A DNA stretch of 41,057 nucleotides. It comes from a virus (lineage: Duplodnaviria; Caudoviricetes). Of this stretch, positions 17,104 to 25,451 are shown one piece after another (position 1 is the first letter of the stretch; each line of letters starts with the position of its first letter). The stretch is from positions 1 to 41,057 of the IMG/VR virus record IMGVR_UViG_3300023076_000006. One strand, given 5' to 3'. The position numbers and the translations under genes were made by a program. Under the pieces are notes generated by a model. It did not search any database and was not told where the DNA came from. It was given only the letters and a program-made list of their open reading frames with translations.

Positions 17104-17957
17104 ATTAATATCGCATTAGGTTTTCTGTTCTGTGAAGGATAAACTACCACGGTACTCTTTCGTTTCTTTACTAATTCTCCCCGGGCATCGCGCTTATTTA
17201 CGTATGCTGCCTGGCAGCGGCAGTTAATCGTTGATTGGGCAGACGCATTCGGGTCGCCGGGGAACATTAATTTATCCCCGTTTCGCGGGTCGGTAAATAA
17301 ATCGCCGCTATCTATTTTCACCCCGTTAAGGCCAATATGCGATGCATGGTCTTTAGGGTTCTGTCCGCGTGTACGAAAGTCTTTAACTGCAATCCATTCC
17401 TTTTGCTGCTCGTACTCACTGGTACTTTCCTGTGCGGTGGCACCCACATTGGCGGCTCTGTTTACTTCAGTTCGAACGATCCGCGCTGCCTGGTATCGTT
17501 CAAAGGGAGGATCCTTTATCGCATCCACCATGCCATCAATACCAAGCCCTGAATTAAGGCCGGTATCAAGCGCCTTCATTATATTATCCCTGGTCGTATT
17601 ATTCACCTCGAATGTTATCTTATCCAGCAAATGCCGTTTAAGGTACTCAATTACAAACTGCGTCCATATTTCGTTAAATCCGAGTCCCTTTTTTTGATCT
17701 GCAAGTAGCCTCCGGCTGGTAATCCGTGCGTGTTTTAGCCCAACAGTTATATACATCTCTGCAATAACTTTATTTAGCGCCGGATTCCCCGTATCGGTAT
17801 GAAGGTTACGGATAGCCTTATCATAGCCGCCAGTTTTAAGGTCAGATATAACCTTTGCAGTTTTGGTATGCAGCGCTTTTTGAACCTTCGGGGCATAGGC
17901 TACCTCGAAGGCTCGGTTAATACGCACATATTGCTGTATGATTTCGTTACGGTTCAT
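17100..17957 (-). CDS. Minor head protein, Mu gpF-like
   Basis: AARIVRTEVNRAAN, KEWIA..D.RTR, FPGDP, INCRC. Confidence 0.88.
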   Translation of the reverse strand: MNRNEIIQQYVRINRAFEVAYAPKVQKALHTKTAKVISDLKTGGYDKAIRNLHTDTGNPALNKVIAEMYITVGLKHARITSRRLLADQKKGLGFNEIWTQFVIEYLKRHLLDKITFEVNNTTRDNIMKALDTGLNSGLGIDGMVDAIKDPPFERYQAARIVRTEVNRAANVGATAQESTSEYEQQKEWIAVKDFRTRGQNPKDHASHIGLNGVKIDSGDLFTDPRNGDKLMFPGDPNASAQSTINCRCQAAYVNKRDARGELVKKRKSTVVVYPSQNRKPNAILI

Positions 17958-18135
17958 TAGTTATATTTCCCTCAACTTTTTCCTGATGCTCCTCGATGAT
18001 CCTTTTAACTCGCTCAAATCTTTTACCATCCTGCTTTTTTTTATGTGCCGCGCAGATCTTTTCCTTTCCGGTAACCGGGTAATCTTCATACACTCTCTTC
18101 GCTATCTCAAAAACCTTTTCAGCTTTCATCACCAC
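17947..18135 (-). CDS. Small hypothetical protein
   Basis: 62 aa, fills the gap between portal and gpF. Confidence 0.55.
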   Translation of the reverse strand: MVMKAEKVFEIAKRVYEDYPVTGKEKICAAHKKKQDGKRFERVKRIIEEHQEKVEGNITNEP

Positions 18136-19528
18136 CCTGCTTTAAAGTATTATCAACCTCATTAGCCTGGTAATCTTCGAAGGACTCGCCCATAGTTGTA
18201 GTTATACGCGGCTGATCATAATATGCGTTGTCTATCTTTTCCAGCTGCAATAATTCAAGCACCCGGTTAATAGGCAATCCGCGATCCATAAGCGGGGTCA
18301 GCCAGGTAACCATATCCTTCATATCTTCCTGAAGTTCGGTGTATACGCTCATATCGAAGTCAATAACACACCTTTTATCCAAACCCCAATGGGTGGTTGC
18401 ATGACGGGTAAGGGTATCGCGTTTCCTCGTGAGCCGCGGGAGACACGCGCGCATGGTAAGGGATTTCTCTGCCTCTTCAAAATTATTATATGCCTTCTGG
18501 TCATCATTTAATAGTTGAGATGGTACCCCGAATGGGTTACACAGCATGCGAAGCGTCCACTTCTGCGATTCTATAACCTGCATCTCTTCGCTACTTAGTC
18601 CGATATCCTGCCACCCGATCTCGTACCCGCTAAGTCCTATACGCCCCCTGTTGGCAACGCCCGTCCATTCCGGTCCGGTAACCTGTTCTTTTAACGTTCC
18701 AACCTCCTGCAGCAGGAGTTCACTGTCCACAACACCCGGCGTTCCTTTAAGGAATAGCACGCCTTTTACCCCCTCGTTTTCGAAAGCCGCTGTTTGTGCG
18801 TCCAGTGATTTATTACCATTCTGTATCCGCATGAGTGAAGCCCGCAGCGGCGGTATCCCATACATCTGTGCACCATTAACGCGCCAGTCAGGATTAAATG
18901 TGCGCTCATGCATAGTTTCCTCCGTTGTGAAAAATACCGAAGGCCACATACTAACCCCATACTTAATTATTTTGGTCGGGAATGTATCGGTGGTATAAAT
19001 ATCAACATACTGCGCTGGCAGCATATTTAACTCCTGCGGCAACCCGCGGTTAGCACCCGCATTAAGCATGTTTGCCACCGTATAGTTATTCCCAAACAAA
19101 CACTCCCTCTCTATTCCGTTTGCCACAAAATCATTAAATGTCTCGTATTGGTTTGGATACTTGATGAGTTCCCCCCATTTACCTGGATTTGTTGAAGGCC
19201 GCAAGGCTTTGCGCTGGAAGGTAGCAGCGCAGGCGAAATCTTTTGCTGTCCAGTGGCTTTTTCGCTGCATACCACGCAGGTTTTTATACGCCGTTTCATC
19301 CACCACTTCATAAACGCCCCACGGTGCCACCCGGCATTTGTCAGCAATCAGTTTAATGATCGAGAACACCATGTCATTGATGTTATACCCTTTTGTCAGG
19401 AAGCTCTCCGGGTTGTCTTTATAGGCGACGAGGCGGCCGTTTATTAACTGGTAAAGAGGCGCATTCCTTGCCGGTAGCGCGAAGTCTTTATTTTGGCTGC
19501 TTGGTGTCAGCAGGCTTTGCCTCGGCAT
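18119..19528 (-). CDS. Portal protein (HK97 family)
   Basis: PNQYET..F, LFGNNY, YGIPPL, LCNPFGVPSQLLN, YNNFEEA. Confidence 0.92.
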   Translation of the reverse strand: MPRQSLLTPSSQNKDFALPARNAPLYQLINGRLVAYKDNPESFLTKGYNINDMVFSIIKLIADKCRVAPWGVYEVVDETAYKNLRGMQRKSHWTAKDFACAATFQRKALRPSTNPGKWGELIKYPNQYETFNDFVANGIERECLFGNNYTVANMLNAGANRGLPQELNMLPAQYVDIYTTDTFPTKIIKYGVSMWPSVFFTTEETMHERTFNPDWRVNGAQMYGIPPLRASLMRIQNGNKSLDAQTAAFENEGVKGVLFLKGTPGVVDSELLLQEVGTLKEQVTGPEWTGVANRGRIGLSGYEIGWQDIGLSSEEMQVIESQKWTLRMLCNPFGVPSQLLNDDQKAYNNFEEAEKSLTMRACLPRLTRKRDTLTRHATTHWGLDKRCVIDFDMSVYTELQEDMKDMVTWLTPLMDRGLPINRVLELLQLEKIDNAYYDQPRITTTMGESFEDYQANEVDNTLKQGGDES

Positions 19529-19754
19529 TTATATACTGTTTTAGTGATAATGCAGCATCACGAAAGGCATTGGCAGACACTTCTATAGTGTTTACAGAAA
19601 GCGTTAACACCCATTCAATGACGAGTAAAGGTAAAAGAAAAATATATAACCACTTACGATACCTGTAAGGGCTGGCTTCCCTGTTAATTTTCCTGATAGC
19701 TTTTAACGCGGGTTCTGCGTCAACGTCTATTACTATTTTATCAGCGCTGGCCAT
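19488..19754 (-). CDS. Small membrane protein upstream of portal; start likely ATG 19754
   Basis: One TM helix (WLYIFLLPLLVIEWVLTL); preceded by a promoter-like sequence. Confidence 0.6.
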   Translation of the reverse strand: MASADKIVIDVDAEPALKAIRKINREASPYRYRKWLYIFLLPLLVIEWVLTLSVNTIEVSANAFRDAALSLKQYINAEAKPADTKQPK

Positions 19755-19761
19755 TTTATGG

Positions 19762-19793
19762 CTAATATACAATTAATAAGCAACCGGGGCAAA
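19762..19793 (-). promoter_or_regulatory. Bacteroidota-type promoter for the head operon
   Basis: TTTG-N20-TATATTAG on the minus strand (one mismatch to TAnnTTTG). Confidence 0.5.
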
Positions 19794-20020
19794 ATTTCTG
19801 CGTTTTGAAACGGTTGTGAGGGAATTGTATATCGTGGGATGCATACGATTTTTCCGCACTCAACGTGGCACCCGGCCCGTTAACAGGAAAAATCGTAAAG
19901 GACGTTTTGGCTTCCTTTTCATCAATTATTATAACTCTTCATTATGTTACTTGGGTTAGCCGTGGGTGGCGGCTGGTGCATACCGAAGGCCGGGCAAACC
20001 GCGTGGGCAAAACTGTATTC

Positions 20021-20053
20021 AAAGAAAAAAGAAGGAGAACGCCCGTAAGGGCG
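20021..20053 (-). terminator. Probable terminator after ORF 20078..20290
   Basis: cgccc-ttac-gggcg hairpin followed by a pyrimidine/U-rich tract. Confidence 0.5.
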
Positions 20054-20077
20054 GGGATCACCGCGAACTAAATACCC

Positions 20078-20290
20078 TCATTTGCCCCGCATCTGTTTCA
20101 GACGCTTTCTTCTGGCGGCACGCAGCTTCCGGATTATCTCTTCTAAAAATATCTCCGCATTTGTATAGTCCGGAACATTCCTTTCGTCTATTTCTTCCAG
20201 GATCAGCGCCAAGACCTTTTTACCTAACTCGGTCATCTTGCCCGGGTTTCCGGCAATACTCATTTCGTTATGTACCTGCTTCCATGTCAT
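20078..20290 (-). CDS. Hypothetical protein, basic C-terminus; start likely ATG 20290
   Basis: 70-aa helical ORF divergent from the RNA-switch cassette. Confidence 0.6.
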   Translation of the reverse strand: MTWKQVHNEMSIAGNPGKMTELGKKVLALILEEIDERNVPDYTNAEIFLEEIIRKLRAARRKRLKQMRGK

Positions 20291-20408
20291 AAGTAATGTT
20301 TTGCCGCAATATAGTCCTCCGGAACGGGCAATAATTACGGTTACCCCCGTATTTACCCTGTACAATATGTAAAGAGGGTTTGTTATCTTTAGCCAGATCA
20401 TATAGCAA

Positions 20409-20543
20409 TACTCGCCAGTACACGGCGCCTAAATAAAAGGCGGCAACCATTCAACCTCTGTTTATGGGTCTGGCGACCCGCTATGTGGCAGACATTTGAT
20501 TAAAGTTGCCGCTTATTTTTAACACATAAAATCGCCAGACATG
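20409..20543 (+). ncRNA. Structured cis-regulatory RNA, copy 1 (kissing-loop/pseudoknot, C4/CI- or repZ-like)
   Basis: tac-TCGCCA-gta hairpin; 10-bp outer stem 20438-47/20505-14 plus U tract; inner gggtc-TGGC-gaccc; target cacata..tcgccagac directly before ATG 20541. Confidence 0.7.
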
Positions 20544-20591
20544 AACAAGAAACCTCCCGGATAAACAATACTGTATCCATCAGAAACTCCA

Positions 20592-20754
20592 TGCTAAATC
20601 GCCAGTTTAAGTAAAGAACTCCCAAAGTTTATTTGATCGGGTACGCCATAAGGCGTAACTGTGTCTTTTGCTTTGGGTAGGCTCTGGCGAGCCTTGTATG
20701 GGCTAAGATTAACGGTTACGCCAATTTTTTAACATACAAAATCGCCAGATCATG
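20592..20754 (+). ncRNA. Structured cis-regulatory RNA, copy 2
   Basis: taaa-TCGCCAG-ttta hairpin; outer stem 20652-62/20712-22 plus U tract; inner aggctc-TGGC-gagcct; target catacaa..tcgccaga before ATG 20752. Confidence 0.7.
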
Positions 20755-21003
20755 AATTTATCTTACGGAGAATGGCTGCTGTTTTCAATAGCAGGCGTTC
20801 TTATAATGTTTGTTATCCTGTACTACGTTATAAAATCAGCTATACGAGATGCTCTCAAAAAAGATACTTCTGACTACTCAAAACCAACGCAAAGGGTAAG
20901 GTCATCAGAAGCAAATTCAGAAAAACAAAGGGACTTACAACAACGGTATGAACGCGGAGAAATAACGCTGGAGCAATACCAAAAAGAGTGGGGGAATAGT
21001 TAA
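20752..21003 (+). CDS. Membrane-anchored SHOCT-domain protein
   Basis: N-terminal TM helix; C-terminal LQQRYERGEITLEQYQ matches the SHOCT consensus. Confidence 0.8.
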   Translation: MNLSYGEWLLFSIAGVLIMFVILYYVIKSAIRDALKKDTSDYSKPTQRVRSSEANSEKQRDLQQRYERGEITLEQYQKEWGNS

Positions 21004-21009
21004 ATTTAA

Positions 21010-21047
21010 AGTCCCGGAAGCCGACTAAAACTTTCCGGGACTATTTT
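21010..21047 (+). terminator. Terminator/attenuator hairpin between the two rightward moron genes
   Basis: agtcccggaa / ttccgggact 10-bp stem followed by atttt, 3 nt before ATG 21051. Confidence 0.6.
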
Positions 21048-21050
21048 ACC

Positions 21051-21251
21051 ATGCAGGATAAAATCATAAACATGGCGCACTTTTATGCCAGTGTAGTAAG
21101 GATTGAAATACTGTTAGAAGAAATTTTACGGGCGAGTTTATCAGCTGCCCATTCAGATGATAGCGTTCGACTTCAAAAGCAAATGCAAGCCTTTAAGGAT
21201 ATTTCCGCTGAAGTAACAAGACGTTTAGAAGGTCTTCCGAACGCAGTCTAA
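21051..21251 (+). CDS. Small helical hypothetical protein
   Basis: 66-aa ORF followed by a structured U-rich end at 21272-21318. Confidence 0.55.
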   Translation: MQDKIINMAHFYASVVRIEILLEEILRASLSAAHSDDSVRLQKQMQAFKDISAEVTRRLEGLPNAV

Positions 21252-21474
21252 ATCTAACGTCTAACACAGTTAGTCCGCGAACTACACCGCGCTTCGCGAC
21301 AGAAGCCGGGCTTTTTTTCTTTGTATTACAGTTTTTCGCGCCCATTTAACATAATATTTAGTTATAATTGATTGATGCTAAAATAATTATCCAAAACGTC
21401 CTATGAAAGCCGGTCTGCCTTGTGCGGGTTGTTGGAAGCCCGTGTGTCTGTGCGGTGGCCTGTTCCGGTCCCGG

Positions 21475-22869
21475 CTACGCCCTGTTACTGGTGGCTGTCA
21501 ACACAAATTTAGGCTTTAATTCAAACCATGCCCGCATCAGTATTGCATCAAGGAAGTCAGGCGACCTGCCTAACTTCTCCTTCATCTTATCCTTTGGCAC
21601 GATAGCCCGCTTGCCATCACTATCCATGTTCTTTTGCTTCAGCTGCGCCAGCTCCTGCATGATAAGATCCTGCATCCAGTCCTCACATTCCAAATATAAA
21701 CCTTTCTCGTTAATAATTTCAGCGATCCGGAAAGCGCATTGTGACTTCAGGTTATCAAAGTTTTCTTTAACCGGTTTACCGTCTGCCCCTATTGGCTTTT
21801 TAGGATCTGCCAGGGGCGATGATCCATTAACAAATCCTTTAAAACCGCCGAAGTCCTCTACACCGGATCCCATGCCATCAGAGTCTACCAGCACATCAGA
21901 TTTTCCGCATGTATTACGCATGCGCGCTGCTTCTATTGCTGTTGTTGATACAGTCAGTTTTGCGCGGTCGAAAGCGATTACACGGCCCCTGAACCCCTGC
22001 CATTCGATTATAACGATACGGTCCCCTCCCATACGCGCTATGTCTGCAGTGACACAACGCCTTCCGGCTGGCACGTGCGTATTGCTGAACATATCAGATA
22101 TTGCTTCGGCAGATATAAGGCACGCCGGGTCATTTTCATACTCAAAATTACCATCAATGAGACGTTCGATCATTTGCTGGTCCCCTGATGCACGTATAGC
22201 CTGTATCCATCCGGCTACATCTGGTGACGGGTTATCAGTGGGTAATGATTTTATGAATTTATGGGATGGCGGTAGTTCTTTTTTCTTCCACGGAAGATAA
22301 TAGCGCGTAAAGATGTGCGTCATCGACGGGTTGAACCCCTCCAGTATCTTCGCCATAATGCCGTATTCCGCATTCTTTCGCCTGTTGATCCGCGAGGCCA
22401 GGGCGACAATAGCCTGTTTATTCACCTCTCCCGATTCATCCACAACGCCGCCGGTAAATTCGTAGCCGCCTAACCACTGGTAAAGCGGGTCGCTTGGGGC
22501 AAACTGAAGATCGAGCAGGAATATCTCTGATTCGTTGTAGAATCTTATAATAGCTGATTTTTCATGGTACTTGTAATGCAGTCCTTCAGTAATGCCGTAT
22601 AATTTAAACACCTTCCAGAGGGTCAGAAGCGTTGTGTCTTTCAGTACGGTTAGGGTTTCACGGCCAAGAAACCAGCCGGTTCCCGGATAAGCAAAAGACA
22701 TTATTGTAAGATAATGGCATTCGAGCCACGACTTCCCGGAGTTGCCGCTGCCGCCGTAGCCTATGAATGTGGTTTCGTTATCAGTCAGGGCGTCCCATGC
22801 TTCTGCCTGTTTTTCACTTGGCACAAAATCGATAGTGATATCAGGTATTTTTTTCGTAGGGACTGGCAT
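21475..22869 (-). CDS. terL: Terminase large subunit
   Basis: Walker A GGSGNSGKS, Walker B VVDESGE, motif III GFNP, RNase H acidic motifs TADIARMGGD, VDSDG, SPDFLDA. Confidence 0.93.
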   Translation of the reverse strand: MPVPTKKIPDITIDFVPSEKQAEAWDALTDNETTFIGYGGSGNSGKSWLECHYLTIMSFAYPGTGWFLGRETLTVLKDTTLLTLWKVFKLYGITEGLHYKYHEKSAIIRFYNESEIFLLDLQFAPSDPLYQWLGGYEFTGGVVDESGEVNKQAIVALASRINRRKNAEYGIMAKILEGFNPSMTHIFTRYYLPWKKKELPPSHKFIKSLPTDNPSPDVAGWIQAIRASGDQQMIERLIDGNFEYENDPACLISAEAISDMFSNTHVPAGRRCVTADIARMGGDRIVIIEWQGFRGRVIAFDRAKLTVSTTAIEAARMRNTCGKSDVLVDSDGMGSGVEDFGGFKGFVNGSSPLADPKKPIGADGKPVKENFDNLKSQCAFRIAEIINEKGLYLECEDWMQDLIMQELAQLKQKNMDSDGKRAIVPKDKMKEKLGRSPDFLDAILMRAWFELKPKFVLTATSNRA

Positions 22870-23485
22870 CGGGGTACATAGTTTCTAGCGGTATGTTAAG
22901 CGAAGTCTGATCGCTCGTAGAGAAAAACGGAAGGTTTGGGATAACGGAGCCGCGACGGATTTTACAGTCGGGCATGTGCTCGCCAACAGGATGTATACCA
23001 TTAGCATAAACAGACTTATTGAGATACTCTCTCGCCTGCCAGTTGCATTTTCCATGAAGATTACAATAGGTGTGTTTGTTTATAACCATAGGTGTATGGC
23101 AGTCATACATCAAGCCTTCAGGATATAGCTGTATGGTATTGCTGATACGTTGCGGGTATTGCCCGGCAGCGCGAGCCCGTGCAGAAGAAAGCGAACCTGA
23201 ATAGTAAAAAGGCATGTTCGCGTCAAAATCTTTTAAGGCAAATACGTCATCGCTGGATAATAAAAACACCCCTGCAGGTGCCAACATCACTTTGCTTACA
23301 ATACTCCATTCCTTTCGTCCTGTCATGTCCATGGCAGGTATATGGTCGCCTGTAAACCATTCTGGCCGGTCTCCTATTACACATACACCGGTAAGGTCTT
23401 TAAAGTGCTTGACCATACTGCGTATAGAGTAACGAAGTTCCCGGCCGTTGTGCGGGCAGTGGCGGTATGGATAGACTAGTATCAT
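22841..23485 (-). CDS. Stealth-like (hexose-1-phosphate transferase / GT-A-like) protein; start likely ATG 23485
   Basis: ELRYSIRS (Stealth CR2-like) and FLLSSDDVF (cf. FxxxNDD); HTP motif. Confidence 0.6.
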   Translation of the reverse strand: MILVYPYRHCPHNGRELRYSIRSMVKHFKDLTGVCVIGDRPEWFTGDHIPAMDMTGRKEWSIVSKVMLAPAGVFLLSSDDVFALKDFDANMPFYYSGSLSSARARAAGQYPQRISNTIQLYPEGLMYDCHTPMVINKHTYCNLHGKCNWQAREYLNKSVYANGIHPVGEHMPDCKIRRGSVIPNLPFFSTSDQTSLNIPLETMYPDASPYEKNT

Positions 23486-23613
23486 GAAAAGGCATAGATA
23501 AGTCCCGAAATAAGAATACACAGCGCTATAATATCTGTTATTATCAGGCCGTTCCTAAGTCTCTTTCTTCTCTTTAATCTTTCCTCTGAAATATTTGGAT
23601 CATATTCAAACAT
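23482..23613 (-). CDS. 43-aa membrane peptide (not in ORF track)
   Basis: MFEYDPNISEERLKRRKRLRNGLIITDIIALCILISGLIYAFS; ATGA-coupled to the downstream gene. Confidence 0.6.
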   Translation of the reverse strand: MFEYDPNISEERLKRRKRLRNGLIITDIIALCILISGLIYAFS

Positions 23614-23616
23614 ACT

Positions 23617-24294
23617 TTACAAATTTACAATAATTTCCCGCGGCATCAAAAGGGAACTGCACGTATGCCCGGGCGCCTGCACTAATCTGTATTCTCGGCC
23701 AAGCCCCATAGCGATAGTGGACATGGATGAATAACAGCCGGTGAACATTACGGCTTGTTTAATCATTTGGGCGGCGCGAAGGAAATCAACATCAGCAAAC
23801 ATTACCGGCCCGAAACGCTTCATGAACTCATGCCTCTCGGCAGAAGTGCCAATGATATAAACCTCCTCCGATAAACCAGTTAGGTAGTTAACCTCGGCGC
23901 TCCAATCGAAATCAGGATCTTCGTAGTTAGAGGTCCAATGAATGCAACAGTAAGGTTTCAACTGCGAAAGTTCCGGCACTGTCAGCCATCCATCACGCCA
24001 TGACGACTCCACCGGCATCCCCTGCCCCTTAAAATGCGCCTCTACCAAATTATTATGATGCCCGGCGTACTGCCTGAACTTATCCAGGTTAATCGATCCA
24101 GCCGGAGCTTCCCCTATACTCACGCCTGTAATGTATGGCTGCGCTTCAAGCAGTGGTTTAACAGCCTCCGCACGCTGCTGCATGATGTAGTTACCAGTGG
24201 TTATCACCAGATGCCCGCCACCCATAGCACGGATAGTTGGTAGAGAAAATATTATATCCCCGGTTGCGCCGGAGTGGGAAAAAACTTTACTCAT
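23617..24294 (-). CDS. Glycosyltransferase, GT9/heptosyltransferase-like (GT-B)
   Basis: HSGATGDIIFSLPTI (cf. GD..xxP of GT9), AAQMIKQAVMFTGCYSSMSTIAMGLG (cf. FIGNDSG..HLA.ALG). Confidence 0.65.
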   Translation of the reverse strand: MSKVFSHSGATGDIIFSLPTIRAMGGGHLVITTGNYIMQQRAEAVKPLLEAQPYITGVSIGEAPAGSINLDKFRQYAGHHNNLVEAHFKGQGMPVESSWRDGWLTVPELSQLKPYCCIHWTSNYEDPDFDWSAEVNYLTGLSEEVYIIGTSAERHEFMKRFGPVMFADVDFLRAAQMIKQAVMFTGCYSSMSTIAMGLGREYRLVQAPGHTCSSLLMPREIIVNL

Positions 24295-25040
24295 GGATTT
24301 ACGATATTAAAAATAACGCCCTGTTCGCACAGCCACTGCTTAACACGCTTTTTGTCATACCCTGTTGTTACATTATACGCCACTTCTTTGTTAAGCCTGA
24401 TTTTCCATGGCCTTTCGATAAGTACATCAACTAGCGGCACAGGCAGACCGAAATTAAATATATACTCCGGAAGTAGTTCAGGCCGTTTACCATATCCCTG
24501 ATCCCAAAGTCCGGTAGGCGTTACCTGTTCAATAGTCGCGCCTAACTCCTCTGCTTGCGAGGTAAGTGTAAGGTGACCGCCTTTATATTCATATTGATAG
24601 CCTTGTTCCTTGCTAACAACCGGATCGGCGGGGAATTGTATCTTACGGCTTAGTTCTTTGGTTATGCAATAAGCCGTTGTCCTTACATGCCTGACCGGTG
24701 TTAATGATATTTGAAATGCCGCCAGGTCGACGGTTGATTCAATGAAGGGTCTTAGCCATTCGGAGCTTACTGGTATAACATCATCAGTACACCAGATAAG
24801 GCGTGTCCAGTCATTAGGGAACCCTTCAAGTCTTTCGCGGAATACATCCTGTACCGATCCTATATCAAGTCCCCTGTTTTCACGTGGAATATAAATAAAC
24901 CCGGCATCGCTGCATATTTTTTTACAACTGTCCCTTTCAGAGCCGGTATGTATGACATATACAGGTAGTGTTGGTTTAGTCCGCGCCCATAATTCAATGT
25001 TGTGGATCCGGTCGTAAACTATGATAGCTAGTATCACCAT
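24291..25040 (-). CDS. Glycosyltransferase, GT-A fold (GT2/RgpF-like)
   Basis: N-terminal VILAIIVYDR, RENRGLDIG, WCTDDVIP (DxD-like). Confidence 0.6.
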   Translation of the reverse strand: MVILAIIVYDRIHNIELWARTKPTLPVYVIHTGSERDSCKKICSDAGFIYIPRENRGLDIGSVQDVFRERLEGFPNDWTRLIWCTDDVIPVSSEWLRPFIESTVDLAAFQISLTPVRHVRTTAYCITKELSRKIQFPADPVVSKEQGYQYEYKGGHLTLTSQAEELGATIEQVTPTGLWDQGYGKRPELLPEYIFNFGLPVPLVDVLIERPWKIRLNKEVAYNVTTGYDKKRVKQWLCEQGVIFNIVNP

Positions 25041-25297
25041 GCACTATCCTCCTGCATCATCGCGTGGTGCTCTGCCTGTTCCGTCATGCGGTCACGTTCG
25101 GCGCTTCCATTCTCCAACTCACACTGTGTGCCGCCAATGCGCGGTGATCGTACGGGGGGTGTATGCGACATAGATTGATCGATAAGATTCTTAGCCTGCG
25201 CCAGGTTGAATACGGGTATGTATTGAAATACCTGATTCCCGTTATGGAATATATTGAATGTGCCTGGCTCGATATGGAAGGATCGGTAGGGTATCAT
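25034..25297 (-). CDS. Hypothetical protein
   Basis: 87-aa ORF overlapping the GT start. Confidence 0.55.
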   Translation of the reverse strand: MIPYRSFHIEPGTFNIFHNGNQVFQYIPVFNLAQAKNLIDQSMSHTPPVRSPRIGGTQCELENGSAERDRMTEQAEHHAMMQEDSAW

Positions 25298-25337
25298 ATT
25301 ACTTCGGTACCGTGCATTATAGCACAGTGGATTTTGA

Positions 25338-25451
25338 TTAAAAAACGAGGCAGTTTAGTAAGCATAGTATGATTATTGAAAGCATTGCAGCTGCGCCGAA
25401 ACAACCGCATGGCGTTGGTTGTAACGATGGATCAATGTGTGGTTTCATCAT
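25338..25451 (-). CDS. 37-aa membrane peptide (not in ORF track)
   Basis: MMKPHIDPSLQPTPCGCFGAAAMLSIIILCLLNCLVF; ATGA overlap with the upstream peptide. Confidence 0.5.
   Translation of the reverse strand: MMKPHIDPSLQPTPCGCFGAAAMLSIIILCLLNCLVF

Noticed and set aside
19762-19945. Start-less minus-strand frame (RVIIIDEKEAK...) next to an out-of-frame ATG
   Set aside because: Could be a frameshifted remnant, but there is no recognisable similarity, so it cannot be supported.
19865-20450. ORFs 19865..20071, 19966..20292, 20268..20450
   Set aside because: They overlap structured non-coding or opposite-strand features and have implausible composition.
21422-22300. 292-aa + strand ORF opposite terL
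   Set aside because: Antisense shadow, Ser-rich and without motifs; terL is clearly the real gene.
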